Notes: generated from the sequence alone by a model not told the origin. Numbered from the stretch's first letter, positions 35,410 to 45,845 are shown. The stretch: DNA of 64,000 bases from Parcubacteria bacterium C7867-007 (GCA_001189195.1 LFCQ01000003.1:207791-271790), one strand, 5' to 3'. Numbers and translations are program-made.

Positions 35410-38400
35410 TTACGCATCTACGTCACGCACGTTCTCAATTGGCTCGATATCGAGCGCGAGACCGCGGATCTGGTTAGTAAGTACGGAGAACGATGCAGGA
35501 GTTCCCGCATGGCTCACCGGTTCGCCCTTCACGATCGCATCGAAGGTCGCAGAGCGTCCCTGGATATCATCAGACTTGATGGTGAGCATTTCGCGGAGGG
35601 TATATGCCGATCCGTATCCGAGAAGTGCCCATACTTCCATTTCTCCGAAGCGCTGACCACCGTTCTGTGCCTTACCTCCAAGCGGCTGCTGGGTGATGAG
35701 GCTGTACGGACCAATGGAGCGCATGTGGATCTTGTCTTCCACCATGTGATGGAGTTTCAAGATGTACATGTATCCAACGGAGATCGCCTGTGCGAATGCT
35801 TCACCGGAACGACCATCATAAAGACGGAGCTTTCCAGTCTTATCGAAGCCAGCCTTTACGAGCTCATCACGGATTTCATCTGCGCTAGCTCCTGCGAATG
35901 GAGGCACAACCGCCTGATATCCAAGAGAGTTTGCAGCGAGTCCGAGATGGAGCTCAAGAATCTGTCCGAGGTTCATACGGGATGGCACACCCAGTGGAGT
36001 GAGGATCACGTCGATCGGATTACCGAGCTCATCGTATGGCATGTCCTCTACCGGAAGCACGCGGGAGATAACACCCTTGTTTCCGTGACGACCTGCGAGC
36101 TTATCACCCACTGATACGTTACGAACCTGTGCAACGGTAACGACAATCTTCTTGATGATGCCGCTCTCAAGCTGATCACCGCGTTCACGGCTGAATACTT
36201 TCACGCCGATAACACGACCGCGCTTCCCTCCTTCCATGCGAAGTGAGGTGTCCTTAACATCTTTCGCCTTGTCTCCGAAGATCGAACGGAGGAGACGCTC
36301 TTCAGGAGTAAGCTGAGTCTCTCCCTTAGGAGTTACCTTACCCACGAGGATGTCTCCAGGACGTACTTCAGCACCGATGCGGATAACACCTTCCTCGTCG
36401 AGGTTCTTAAGACGCATTTCACCAACGTTAGGGATGTCATGCGTTGTTACCTCCGGACCAAGCTTGGTATCACGTACCGCTGCTTCGAAATCTTCAATGT
36501 GTACGGTGGTGAACTTAGAGTTCTGAACGAGGCGCTCAGACACAATGATCGCGTCTTCGTAGTTAGCACCGTTCCAACTCATGAACGCAACGCGTACGTT
36601 CTGACCAAGTGCCATCTGACCCTGATCAGAGCTAGACGCATCAGCGAGCACATCACCCTTCTTCACCTTGTCTCCAAGGAGAACTGATGGGCGCTGGCTA
36701 AATGCAGAATTCTGGTTGGTTTGCGTAAGGCCTTGGAGCTTGTACTCCTTCTTCTTACCTTCTTTGTTCGTAACGGTTACATGACGAGCATCAACGAATG
36801 TTACTTCACCGGCTTCCTGTGCAAGCACAAGACGTCCCGTGTTACGAGCTGCGTGACCCTCAATACCTGTAGCAACGAGTGGTGCCTCTGGAATAAGAAC
36901 CGGGGTTGCCTGCTTCTGCATGTTTGAACCCATGAGTGCACGGTTCGCGTCATCGTGATCCACGAATGGAATCATAGCGGTCGCCGCAGAGAACATCTGA
37001 TAGGTTGACGCATCAATGAGTTCAATCTCACTGCGCTCAACGATAGCCGGCTCACCATTCTTGCGTGCCTCTATTGAATCAGGAACGATACGTCCCTTGT
37101 CGTCGATAGGTGTAGCAGCGTGTGCGATAACCTGCTCCTCTTCTTCAAGAGCGTTGAGGTATACGACCTCTTCGGTAACGACACCATTCTTCACCTTAAC
37201 GTACGGTGTTTCAATAACACCGAACTCGTTCGTACGCGCATGGAGTGCGAGACGAAGGATAAGACCGATGTTCTGTCCTTCTGGAGTGTGGATTGGGCAG
37301 AGACGACCATAGTGGGAAGGATGCACGTCACGTACTTCGAAACCTGCGCGCTCACGAGTGAGACCGCCGGGACCAAGTGCAGAGAGTGTACGCATGTTCT
37401 CAAGCTCAGCAAGAATGTTCTGCTGATCCATAAACTGTGAGAGCTGGTTCGCAGTGAAGAATTCACGAACCGATGCCTGAAGTGGACGAGGGTTAACGAA
37501 CGCCATAGGAAGAGTCGTTTCAGACTCAATGGTGCTCATACGATCCTGAATGTTGCGCTTCATGCGGCTCATACCAACACGCATACGTGCCTGAAGGAGT
37601 TCACCAACGAAACGAACACGACGGAAGCCGAGGTGATCAATATCATCTGGCTGAGCGTCTGGAGTTACGTTAAGACGTGCGATCTCTGCAGTGATGCGGG
37701 TGAGGTCATCAAGGGTTAGTGCACGCTGTTCAAGAGACTTCTTGTCGGTTGGCAGACCGAATCGTGCGTTGAGGCGGTGACGACCAACCTTTGAAAGGTC
37801 GTAGCGCTCAGGAGCAAAGAGGGTGTTTACGTACTGCTTTGCGTTGTCTGGGGTTGCGAGATCACCATCGCGCATACGGCGGTGGATCTCTACATATGCA
37901 TCATCAACAGACTTTGCGGTGTCGTGTGCAACCGTTGCGCTGATAGCAGCAAGGGCAATAGGATCTTTCGCAAAGAGTCCCATGATATCTTCCTTTGTTC
38001 CTGCACCAAAAATGGTGAGGAGGTTGGTGATGGGGAAACGGCGCTTGCGGTCGATCTTAACGAAGATCGAACCATCAACATCAGTTTCAATCTCAATCCA
38101 TACACCACGTGCAGGAAGGATCTTGGCACCGAAGTACGACTTTCCTTTCACCTCTTCTGCAGCGAAGAATGCACCGAATGAACGAGCGAGCTGGGGAACG
38201 ATTGCGCGCTCAACACCAGATACGATAAAGGACCCGTGTGGGGTCATCATAGGAATATCCGCAAGGAAGATGTCCTGCGTCTTTTCTGAACCGAACGTCT
38301 TGTTTACAAGGGTAACAGTAGCCTTAAGAGGTGCCTCGTAGGTACGCATGTTCTCACGCGCAGATTCCTCATCACCCTTAGGCTCACCTACTTCGAATCC

Positions 38401-38592
38401 ATCGAAACGGAGTTCGAACTTCTTATTTGAATAATCACTGATCGGAGAGAACTCGCTAAAGAGTTCCTTGAGACCATCGCGGAGGAACCATTCAAATGAT
38501 TCGCGCTGATGACCCACAAGATCCGGGAACTCAACGCGTGGTGCACGGTATGCACCGAACGTTTTCTGCACGAGCGTTTTTGCCTTCGGCAT
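35410..38592 (-). CDS. rpoB: DNA-directed RNA polymerase subunit beta
   Basis: 1060 aa. Conserved blocks GRHGNKGVISRV, NYEDAI, PLGVPSRMN and SLITQQPLGGKAQNGGQRFGEMEVWAL. Lies immediately upstream of rpoC. Confidence 0.95.
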   Translation of the reverse strand: MPKAKTLVQKTFGAYRAPRVEFPDLVGHQRESFEWFLRDGLKELFSEFSPISDYSNKKFELRFDGFEVGEPKGDEESARENMRTYEAPLKATVTLVNKTFGSEKTQDIFLADIPMMTPHGSFIVSGVERAIVPQLARSFGAFFAAEEVKGKSYFGAKILPARGVWIEIETDVDGSIFVKIDRKRRFPITNLLTIFGAGTKEDIMGLFAKDPIALAAISATVAHDTAKSVDDAYVEIHRRMRDGDLATPDNAKQYVNTLFAPERYDLSKVGRHRLNARFGLPTDKKSLEQRALTLDDLTRITAEIARLNVTPDAQPDDIDHLGFRRVRFVGELLQARMRVGMSRMKRNIQDRMSTIESETTLPMAFVNPRPLQASVREFFTANQLSQFMDQQNILAELENMRTLSALGPGGLTRERAGFEVRDVHPSHYGRLCPIHTPEGQNIGLILRLALHARTNEFGVIETPYVKVKNGVVTEEVVYLNALEEEEQVIAHAATPIDDKGRIVPDSIEARKNGEPAIVERSEIELIDASTYQMFSAATAMIPFVDHDDANRALMGSNMQKQATPVLIPEAPLVATGIEGHAARNTGRLVLAQEAGEVTFVDARHVTVTNKEGKKKEYKLQGLTQTNQNSAFSQRPSVLLGDKVKKGDVLADASSSDQGQMALGQNVRVAFMSWNGANYEDAIIVSERLVQNSKFTTVHIEDFEAAVRDTKLGPEVTTHDIPNVGEMRLKNLDEEGVIRIGAEVRPGDILVGKVTPKGETQLTPEERLLRSIFGDKAKDVKDTSLRMEGGKRGRVIGVKVFSRERGDQLESGIIKKIVVTVAQVRNVSVGDKLAGRHGNKGVISRVLPVEDMPYDELGNPIDVILTPLGVPSRMNLGQILELHLGLAANSLGYQAVVPPFAGASADEIRDELVKAGFDKTGKLRLYDGRSGEAFAQAISVGYMYILKLHHMVEDKIHMRSIGPYSLITQQPLGGKAQNGGQRFGEMEVWALLGYGSAYTLREMLTIKSDDIQGRSATFDAIVKGEPVSHAGTPASFSVLTNQIRGLALDIEPIENVRDVDA

Positions 38593-38803
38593 AGGGTACG
38601 TGAAAATGAAGTACGGAAACGCGAAATGGGCTCATACATGCATGAGCCACGTCTCTCGTTTTCCGAGACGCTTGATAAATCAATCTTTTTCTTACTGAGA
38701 AGCCCTTCTCCCGCCAGAGTGCCTGCCACCACTCAATCCGTTCTGGTTAAAGACAGTATATAGGGGTATGGGGACCCGTCAAGTGAGTTTTGGGTGAAAT
38801 GAG

Positions 38804-38848
38804 AAAAGGCGGGTCCACAGTTTTGTGGTACCCGCCCTTTATTCTGCT
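38804..38848. terminator. bidirectional terminator
   Basis: aaaaGGCGGGTCCACAG-ttt-TGTGGTACCCGCC followed by ctttattctg. Confidence 0.55.
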
Positions 38849-38860
38849 CCCGCGCGGTGC

Positions 38861-39259
38861 TTAGCGTAGGAGTCGGCCGGTGAACGGCCTAGATGCTGCT
38901 CCCTTCGGGGAGAAATCGAGCCCGCGGTGACCCTTGGTGAACCGCTGATAGAGCAGGTCCCAGTCGCCGAAGGTCTGCTGGATCTCGGTCAGGACGAACC
39001 TGATCGAAGCAGAGCCGAGAACGAGCAGGATGGAAGCGATGAAGCCGGTCGCCTGCGCGAGCAAGTTCATCACGAAGCTCGTGTCGGTCACCAGCGGCAT
39101 GAGAAGCACGCCGGCGGCAGCGATCGCGAACATCCAGACCTTGAAGGTCTTGGTCAGCAGCTGCTCCGCCACCGGACCCATCGTGAAGATGGCTGCGGCG
39201 AAGGAAACAGCCGAGAAGAAGACCATATTCGGCCAGTCGGTAGCCCAGTCGAAGTGAAT
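38861..39259 (-). CDS. high-GC hypothetical membrane protein
   Basis: MIHFDWATDWPNMVFFSAVSFAAAIF...: about four TM helices, GC ~60% with GC3-rich codons. The ORF extends to 39340, but MIHF at 39259 is preferred. Sits between rpoB and trmD. Confidence 0.4.
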   Translation of the reverse strand: MHFDWATDWPNMVFFSAVSFAAAIFTMGPVAEQLLTKTFKVWMFAIAAAGVLLMPLVTDTSFVMNLLAQATGFIASILLVLGSASIRFVLTEIQQTFGDWDLLYQRFTKGHRGLDFSPKGAASRPFTGRLLR

Positions 39260-39385
39260 CATCTTGGTTCCCCCAACGGAAAACGATGAAAGAGGCAGTG
39301 AGGCGGGTGCCACACACACCGGACTAGTAGCTGAAAACAAATATACCCCTTTTAGGGGTACTTGTCAATAGCATGAATATGTGTC

Positions 39386-40066
39386 CTATTTAGCACCCTT
39401 CTTTGCAACTTTCCACTCATCTATTTTTGCTCGGTGCCCTGAGAGCAGGATTGCAGGAACTTTGTATTTCTTCCCTTTGAAGTCTAGTACTTCGGGACGT
39501 GTGTATACGGCATTAGACGCAACACGACGCTCTTCAACCGACTCATCCTTTCCAAGGACTCCAGGGATACGGCGAGTCACCGCATCGACAATAGCCATAG
39601 CAGGGACTTCCCCACCAGTGAGGGTTGCCTCCCCTACAGAATACGTGAGGAACTTTGAGCCTGTCTTCCCTTTTAGAAAGGCTTTGAGCATAGAAACTGC
39701 CCGATCATCAATACCTTCGTACCGGCCACATACCAGCACCACATCATCGAACTTCATGAGAGCATCGGCTTCCTTGTTATTAAAAGGTTTTGCACCAGGC
39801 ACAAACCAAACGATCGCGGTCTTTCCATTGCGACGACTAAGGGCTCTCTTCACTGCCTTCACCACAGGAAGGGCGGTCATAACCATACCTGGCCCACCAC
39901 CGTACGGACGCTCGTCTACCTTCCCCCATTTGTTGGAGACGTAGGTGCGTGGACTTTGATAATCCACTTTGATCTTCTTTGCCACGCGGGCACGTCCCAG
40001 AATAGACGCATTGAGATATGCGTCGCAGACTTCTGGGAAAAGTGTAATGAGATGAAAGCGCAGCAT
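39386..40066 (-). CDS. trmD: tRNA (guanine37-N1)-methyltransferase
   Basis: MLRFHLITLFPE..., SPOUT knot motifs (GRYEGIDDR; SIGDYVLTGGE-like SVGEATLTGGEVPAMAIVDAVTR). Confidence 0.9.
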   Translation of the reverse strand: MLRFHLITLFPEVCDAYLNASILGRARVAKKIKVDYQSPRTYVSNKWGKVDERPYGGGPGMVMTALPVVKAVKRALSRRNGKTAIVWFVPGAKPFNNKEADALMKFDDVVLVCGRYEGIDDRAVSMLKAFLKGKTGSKFLTYSVGEATLTGGEVPAMAIVDAVTRRIPGVLGKDESVEERRVASNAVYTRPEVLDFKGKKYKVPAILLSGHRAKIDEWKVAKKGAK

Positions 40067-40072
40067 CGTGAG

Positions 40073-40378
40073 CTATACGCCCAAATCACTGATCACCTCA
40101 TCAAGAGGACGATCCTCACCGAAGCGCTTGCCTCCTGCTGGTTCGTTGATCTTCATGTTCACACGAGCATTGTGCTTCATACCAACAACACGTAGGAGGG
40201 TGCGAAGTGCCTTCGCGATGTTTCCATCACGGCCAATAATCTTGCCCATATCGTCTGGAGAGACGGTGAGGGTTAGGAGTACGCCCATCTCATCTACGGT
40301 GCGAGTTACGACAACTGCGTCTTGGTTATCGACGAGTGCTTTAACGACGTATTCAAGAAATGCCTGGTCTGTGTCCAT
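40073..40378 (-). CDS. KH-domain RNA-binding protein (YlqC/KhpA-like)
   Basis: GKIIGRDGNIAKALRTLL (KH GxxG loop). Lies between rpsP and trmD, as in the conserved rpsP-khpA-rimM-trmD cluster; rimM is absent here. Confidence 0.7.
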   Translation of the reverse strand: MDTDQAFLEYVVKALVDNQDAVVVTRTVDEMGVLLTLTVSPDDMGKIIGRDGNIAKALRTLLRVVGMKHNARVNMKINEPAGGKRFGEDRPLDEVISDLGV

Positions 40379-40460
40379 AGAGTTTCAGAGTTACGGGATA
40401 TCGGTTCAGAATCGCATTAACAGAACGAAAATAGGATGAAGGCGCCTAAGCGCTTCCTCC

Positions 40461-40916
40461 TTATGCAGCTGGCTCTTCCTTTGCAGGAACCTCCTCTACT
40501 GCAGGTGCCTCTTCAACCGCTGCCTCCTCTACAGGAGCTTCCTCAACGGTAGCGACTTCCTCAGGAGATACCTCAACCACCTCTTCAGCAGCAGGTGTCG
40601 CAGCTACAGGAGCTGGTGCAGCTTCTTCAACAACAGGTGCTGGGAAGGTCTTCTTAGGAAGAACGTTGATCTTCTTTCCTTCAAACACACCCTTAGCGAT
40701 GAGGAGGTTCATTAGTGAAGGAGATACCTGTGCACCCTTAGCTACCCAATCCTTAATACGCTCAGGCTGCAGGGTAACTGCCTTGGTCTTAGGGTTATAG
40801 GTACCAACGAGGTCCACGTACTTGCCTGCCCTAGGGCCAGAGGCTTTCTCGAGCACGAGCATGCGAAAAGCCGGGTCGTTCTTTCGGCCAATGCGCTGGA
40901 AACGGATCATCAACAT
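40461..40916 (-). CDS. rpsP: 30S ribosomal protein S16 with acidic Glu/Ala/Pro/Val-rich C-terminal extension
   Basis: MLMIRFQRIGRKNDPAFRMLVLEKASGPRAGKYVDLVGTYNP... is the bS16 core (~85 aa). It is followed by ~65 aa of (EEAPAV)n-like low complexity. The long N-terminal ORF extension (to 41453) was rejected. Confidence 0.85.
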   Translation of the reverse strand: MLMIRFQRIGRKNDPAFRMLVLEKASGPRAGKYVDLVGTYNPKTKAVTLQPERIKDWVAKGAQVSPSLMNLLIAKGVFEGKKINVLPKKTFPAPVVEEAAPAPVAATPAAEEVVEVSPEEVATVEEAPVEEAAVEEAPAVEEVPAKEEPAA

Positions 40917-41133
40917 AGTGAGGCCAACAATACCAGATGGGCTCGGTAGAGTCAAAGTGGATTGGGTTTGGATAAAAAGAGAGACGGCCCGGTGTGTGGT
41001 GAACCGTCTCTGAGTTGTGTCGCACCTAGGGGGCTTCCCCACGCTCGAGGGGTCTGACGCAGGGTGGGTCCAGGTACGACTTACGTAGTATAGCTCGTTC
41101 CTATAAATGTAAAATGAACGGCAATCTGGTACA

Positions 41134-43134
41134 GTGCTTCTATCTATGGCTATTCCACAAGGCGCCCTGTTTGAGGGACCAATCACTGTTATCCGCTCAG
41201 GTAAGGGGTTCTTTAAGATTCCTGACTCAGAAGAGGAACTATTTGTACCCGGAGAGAATCTTGGTACTGCATTCCCGGGAGACGTCGTTAAGATACAGGT
41301 TTCAGGAACAAACACTGATCCCAAAAGCGGAGAGACTCGCAACACAGGAAACGTGGTGGGTATTGTAAAGCGCGCACGTGAGACCTTTGTTGGAACTATT
41401 GTTCCTTCAGACCCTGCAAATGAATTCGGTCTTCCAGGGCAGTTCTTCCTCATTCCAGATCACAAGAAGATGTACACACCATTCCTTATGGTGGGCGACT
41501 CTATGCCAGTGGGCCAGAAAGTGGTGGCACGATTCCAAGGATGGGAGAAGGGTCAGCTACGTCCAAGTGCAACGCTAGATGAAATCATCGGGCCAGCCGG
41601 GGTACACGAAACAGAAATGCGTGCACTCGCCCTCTCACAAGGATTCAGTTCTAACTTCCCTCCTGGCGTTGAGAAAGAGGCAGCAGAGCTTGATAAGAAT
41701 GGGAAGGATCAGCTTGCTGGTGAGGTTGAAGCAGCAGTTGCTTCAGGTGCTCGTCGTGACTTCCGCTCCATAACCACGTTCACCATCGATCCGTATGATG
41801 CAAAGGACTTTGATGATGCACTTTCGGTTCGTGAACTTCCAGATGGAAATACAGAGATTGGTGTACACATTGCTGATGTTTCGTTCTACGTACGCCCAGG
41901 TACCGCTATCGATGATGAGGGACGTGAGCGTGCAACTTCGGTATATCTCGTAGATCGCACCATACCGATGCTTCCTGAGGTACTTTCAAATAATCTTTGT
42001 TCCCTAAATCCTAATGAGGATCGTCTCGCGGTATCTGCAGTGTTTGTACTTAACAAGAATGCAGAGATCGTTGAGAAGTGGTTCGGTGAGACCGTCATCC
42101 ACTCAGACAAGCGCTTCACTTATGAGAATGCTCAGGAGGTTCTAGACAATAACGAAGGCGAGTATCTTAAGGAACTTGTTACCCTTCGTGACCTTGCAGA
42201 TAAGATTCGCGCACGTCGTGTTGCAAAGGGCGCCATTGCCTTTGATACCCCTGAGATCAAGGTGAAGCTTGATGAGAATGGGAAGCCCATTGAAGTACTT
42301 CTTAAAGAGCGCCGCGCTACGAACCTCCTAATCGAAGACTTCATGCTTCTTGCGAACGAGCATGTGTCTGAGTACCTCACCAAGAAGGGCGAGGCTGCAG
42401 GTCTTGAAGGTAGCGTGGTGTATCGCGTACACGATGTACCAGATGCAGACCGCATTGAGAATCTATCGCAGTTCCTCAAGGTGCTTGGGTACCACCTTGA
42501 TTCTCAGAACGGAAAAGTGAAAGGTACCGCAATCAATGCACTGCTTGAAAGTGTTGTTGGAAAGCCTGAAGAGTATTTGATCAAGGTTGCAGCCCTACGC
42601 TCTATGGCAAAAGCGGTATACAGCACGAAGAACATTGGACACTTCGGTCTAGCGTTTGAGTTCTACTCACACTTCACCTCCCCTATTCGTCGCTATCCAG
42701 ACCTCCTCACCCACCGCATGGTGAAGCACTATGCAGAGCGCGAGAAGATCACCAAGACTGAGATTGCAGAACTTGAAGGTCTTGCACAACACTCTAGCGA
42801 ACGAGAAGTATCTGCGGCAGAAGCAGAGCGTGATTCCGTAAAAATGAAGCTTGTTGAATTCATGGTTGATAAAGTTGGTGATGAATTCGATGCAGTTATT
42901 TCTGGTGTTTCAGATCGTGGTCTCTATGTGGAACTAAAGGAGACACATGCAGAGGGCCTAGTTAACGTTCGCGCTCTTGGTGATGACTATTTTGATCATG
43001 ATCAGAAGCGCTATCGACTTGTTGGGCGTCGTACGAAAAAGGAATATGCACTTGGTGATGGTATTCGTGTGAAGCTGCTTGCAGCTCGTGTGCAGGATAA
43101 AGAGTTGGATTTCACTCTTGCAGCAAGTACATAA
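41134..43134 (+). CDS. rnr: ribonuclease R / RNase II family 3'-5' exoribonuclease
   Basis: RNB domain (ITFTIDPYDAKDFDDALSV...; HFGLAFEFYSHFTSPIRRYPDLLTHR) and a C-terminal S1 domain. Confidence 0.9.
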   Translation: MLLSMAIPQGALFEGPITVIRSGKGFFKIPDSEEELFVPGENLGTAFPGDVVKIQVSGTNTDPKSGETRNTGNVVGIVKRARETFVGTIVPSDPANEFGLPGQFFLIPDHKKMYTPFLMVGDSMPVGQKVVARFQGWEKGQLRPSATLDEIIGPAGVHETEMRALALSQGFSSNFPPGVEKEAAELDKNGKDQLAGEVEAAVASGARRDFRSITTFTIDPYDAKDFDDALSVRELPDGNTEIGVHIADVSFYVRPGTAIDDEGRERATSVYLVDRTIPMLPEVLSNNLCSLNPNEDRLAVSAVFVLNKNAEIVEKWFGETVIHSDKRFTYENAQEVLDNNEGEYLKELVTLRDLADKIRARRVAKGAIAFDTPEIKVKLDENGKPIEVLLKERRATNLLIEDFMLLANEHVSEYLTKKGEAAGLEGSVVYRVHDVPDADRIENLSQFLKVLGYHLDSQNGKVKGTAINALLESVVGKPEEYLIKVAALRSMAKAVYSTKNIGHFGLAFEFYSHFTSPIRRYPDLLTHRMVKHYAEREKITKTEIAELEGLAQHSSEREVSAAEAERDSVKMKLVEFMVDKVGDEFDAVISGVSDRGLYVELKETHAEGLVNVRALGDDYFDHDQKRYRLVGRRTKKEYALGDGIRVKLLAARVQDKELDFTLAAST

Positions 43135-43137
43135 TGC

Positions 43138-43170
43138 GAAACCCCCTTATTTAAAAGGGGGTTGTTCGTT
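43138..43170 (+). terminator. intrinsic terminator
   Basis: AACCCCCTT-attt-AAAAGGGGGTT followed by gttcgtttaattttc. Confidence 0.7.
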
Positions 43171-43637
43171 TAATTTTCTCATTAAATTAAACGTAATGCA
43201 GACCGGATTGTCTGTGTAGATTTTGTGGACACCTTCAGGTAGTAATTCTCCGAATAGTCTGTACTACAGTAGTGGTTCCATGTGCGATCATTTCATGTGG
43301 TCAGCGTAGGCTTGGGTAGTGCTTAGGTAGACTTAGGCGAATACCAGGTCCGTCTCCGATATGGATGTTGCGTACGGAGTTGGGTATTAATTTCCCTAGA
43401 TTCACTCTGGTGCGCCACCGCTATGTGGTACCGCAACCGTGTAGACCAGTCTTTATCACCCTTATCTTTGATTGGATCCACCTTTAGGGTTGTCCATTCG
43501 CAGAAACGGCATTTGACTCGTTCGTCGCTGTTTTGCATTGCATGTCCTCTCTGAAAGTCAGAATGGGTGATGCCTGCTAACCACGAGTAGATCAAGATTC
43601 CGCTCTAACTATACATTTCTAATATTTAAAGTCAAAT

Positions 43638-45845
43638 CTACTTAGCAACCTGCACCGCTTCTTCAAACCGTACTGAAAGGAGTTTTGAAATACCGTCACT
43701 TCCCATAGTGACGCCATAGAGGATACCTGCACGGCTCATAGTCTCGCGGTTGTGTGAGATAACAATGAGTTGAGACTTCTTTGCAAGGTTATCGATCATA
43801 TCTCCATAGCGGCGGCTGTTTGCTTCATCGAGTGCTGCATCAGTTTCATCAAGGATAAGGAACGGTGGCGGGTTAACCTGACTCATTGCGAAGATAAGGG
43901 CGATTGAGGTTAATGCACGTTCACCACCTGAGAGCTGCATGAGAGACTGCACACGCTTCTTGGGAAGGTTTACGGAGATCTCAATACCCGCTTTACGTGG
44001 CTTCCCTGGTTCAGCCTGCTCACTTTCTTCATCCTCTTCTTCTTCAACAACATTGAGCTCTTCAAGTACCAGCTTTGCACCCCCTCCTCCAAACATAAGA
44101 CTGAAGAATTCCCCGAATGATGCGTTTACCTTGGTGAGACCTTCGCTGAACGTCTTGTGCAGTTCAACATCTAGATCGGCTATGAGTGCACGAAGTCCTT
44201 CCGCTGACTTAGCAAGATCATTGAGTTCACGTTCAAGGAATTCTTCACGAGCCACCGCATCCTCGTATTCCTTCTTCACGTCCTCTGTACCGCCTCCTGC
44301 TTCCTCCACACGGATCTTAAGGCGTTCCATTCCCCGCTTCCGTTCCTCTTGCGTTCGACGATCTTCCTGAGGAAGCTCAGTGAGCTTTTGGTATGAAAGG
44401 GCTGATGATCCTGCAAGAGCAAGGACCTCTGCACGCTCACGCGTGAATTCTTCTGCGAGATATGTGAGTTCGTTTAGACGTGCATCAAGGCGAGCAACAT
44501 TCGCCTCTTCGGTTGCACGTGAGTCTGCAACTGCAAGAAGTCTATGCTGTTGTTCACGACCCGTCTCGTCATACGCAAGACGATCCTGACGCGCACGCTC
44601 AAGAGTGGCTCGTGCATCTGCGATAGTGTCTGCAAGTTCCTGATCCTTCTTGCCTAGTACCTCGCGCTCACTTTCAAGCGTGTATACAATATTCTCCTCT
44701 TCGATCATGTACTCATCTGCAGGCGCAGTGAAGCGTACAAGGAAGGCTCCTATAGCTCCCTTAATCGCATCTAAAGCGGAACGCAGTGCAGCTTGATCAC
44801 TTCCTTCTGCAATATCCCCTGCACGCTCTATAGACGCTTGTAGCTGGGTTAGATCTTGCCGAGGTACCTTTACGTATGGCTCTTCCTTCACTGCATGGCT
44901 ACGACGTTTCGCTGAATCAAGTGCCCCCTCAACTCGTCCCATCTCACGAGCAAGTTGTGCACGCTCCTGCGTAACACGATCAAGTTCACGCTCTGCAAGA
45001 CGCACTTTCTCTACATGCTTCAATCCCTCTGAATCATTGTTACGGTCCTCAAATGCTTTGAGTTCTGCTTCTGCCTGTGCAAGCTTTGTGCCAGCAACTT
45101 CCCGTTCCCTCTTTACGCGCACATTTTCCGTATCCAAATATAGTTCTTCGATAGCGAAGTATGTCTGGCACGCAGCGGCAAGTTCACGTGCTAGCTCCTC
45201 TGCCCTTTCTAATCGCTCTACCTGTTTCTTAAGGAAACGTATGTGCGGTGCGATCTCACGACGCAATGCTTCAACTTCCTTAACATTCGCATCGGTACGT
45301 TCAAGTTTTCGTTCTGCTTCCTGCTTTCGGAATTCAAATGCCTTAAGACCCAGTGCGTCTTCAAGCATGGCACGACGCTCACGTGGATTCGCGAGGAGAA
45401 TACGGTCTGCTTCACCTTGAGAAATAATATGGTGTCCCGTCTCTCCAATGTTTGCTGCAGCCAGGAGTTCCTGAATATCACGGAGTCGTACCTTGCTCCC
45501 GTTGAGAGAGTATTCACTTGAGCCATCACGAAACACTGCGCGTTCAATAGCAACCTCATCAAAGTCTATCTTTGGGAAGATACGCTTTGTGTTATCGAAG
45601 ATGATTGCAACCGCAGCACGGTTTGCACGTGCACTCATGTGTGTACCACTAAAGATGAGATCCTCGCTGCGCTTGCCGCGCATACTCTTCATAGACTGTT
45701 CGCCTAGCGCAAAACGAAAGGCTTCTGCAACGTTTGATTTACCAGAACCGTTCGGTCCAACAATAGCTGTTGTCTGGTTAGAGAAATCAAGCACGGTCTT
45801 ACGCGCGAAGGATTTAAAGCCTGCAATCTCAAGACGCTTCAACAT
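43638..45845 (-). CDS. SMC-family ATPase (short, 735 aa)
   Basis: N-terminal Walker A GPNGSGKSN, long coiled coil, C-terminal signature LSGGERALTSIALIFA plus Walker B LILDETDAALD. It is shorter than canonical SMC; no obvious hinge. Confidence 0.75.
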   Translation of the reverse strand: MLKRLEIAGFKSFARKTVLDFSNQTTAIVGPNGSGKSNVAEAFRFALGEQSMKSMRGKRSEDLIFSGTHMSARANRAAVAIIFDNTKRIFPKIDFDEVAIERAVFRDGSSEYSLNGSKVRLRDIQELLAAANIGETGHHIISQGEADRILLANPRERRAMLEDALGLKAFEFRKQEAERKLERTDANVKEVEALRREIAPHIRFLKKQVERLERAEELARELAAACQTYFAIEELYLDTENVRVKREREVAGTKLAQAEAELKAFEDRNNDSEGLKHVEKVRLAERELDRVTQERAQLAREMGRVEGALDSAKRRSHAVKEEPYVKVPRQDLTQLQASIERAGDIAEGSDQAALRSALDAIKGAIGAFLVRFTAPADEYMIEEENIVYTLESEREVLGKKDQELADTIADARATLERARQDRLAYDETGREQQHRLLAVADSRATEEANVARLDARLNELTYLAEEFTRERAEVLALAGSSALSYQKLTELPQEDRRTQEERKRGMERLKIRVEEAGGGTEDVKKEYEDAVAREEFLERELNDLAKSAEGLRALIADLDVELHKTFSEGLTKVNASFGEFFSLMFGGGGAKLVLEELNVVEEEEDEESEQAEPGKPRKAGIEISVNLPKKRVQSLMQLSGGERALTSIALIFAMSQVNPPPFLILDETDAALDEANSRRYGDMIDNLAKKSQLIVISHNRETMSRAGILYGVTMGSDGISKLLSVRFEEAVQVAK

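Noticed and set aside
31752-38341. Numerous 60-200-aa ORFs on the plus strand inside rpoC/rpoB and on both strands inside other long genes
   Set aside because: They are antisense or out-of-frame shadows of well-supported long genes; none has family similarity or translational signals.
40917-41453. Long N-terminal extension of the rpsP ORF (330 aa total) and of rpmF (159 aa total)
   Set aside because: The conserved bS16 and bL32 cores start at internal Met codons (40916 and 49038). The upstream in-frame sequence is Ser/Pro/Arg-rich with no homology, so it is probably a 5' leader.
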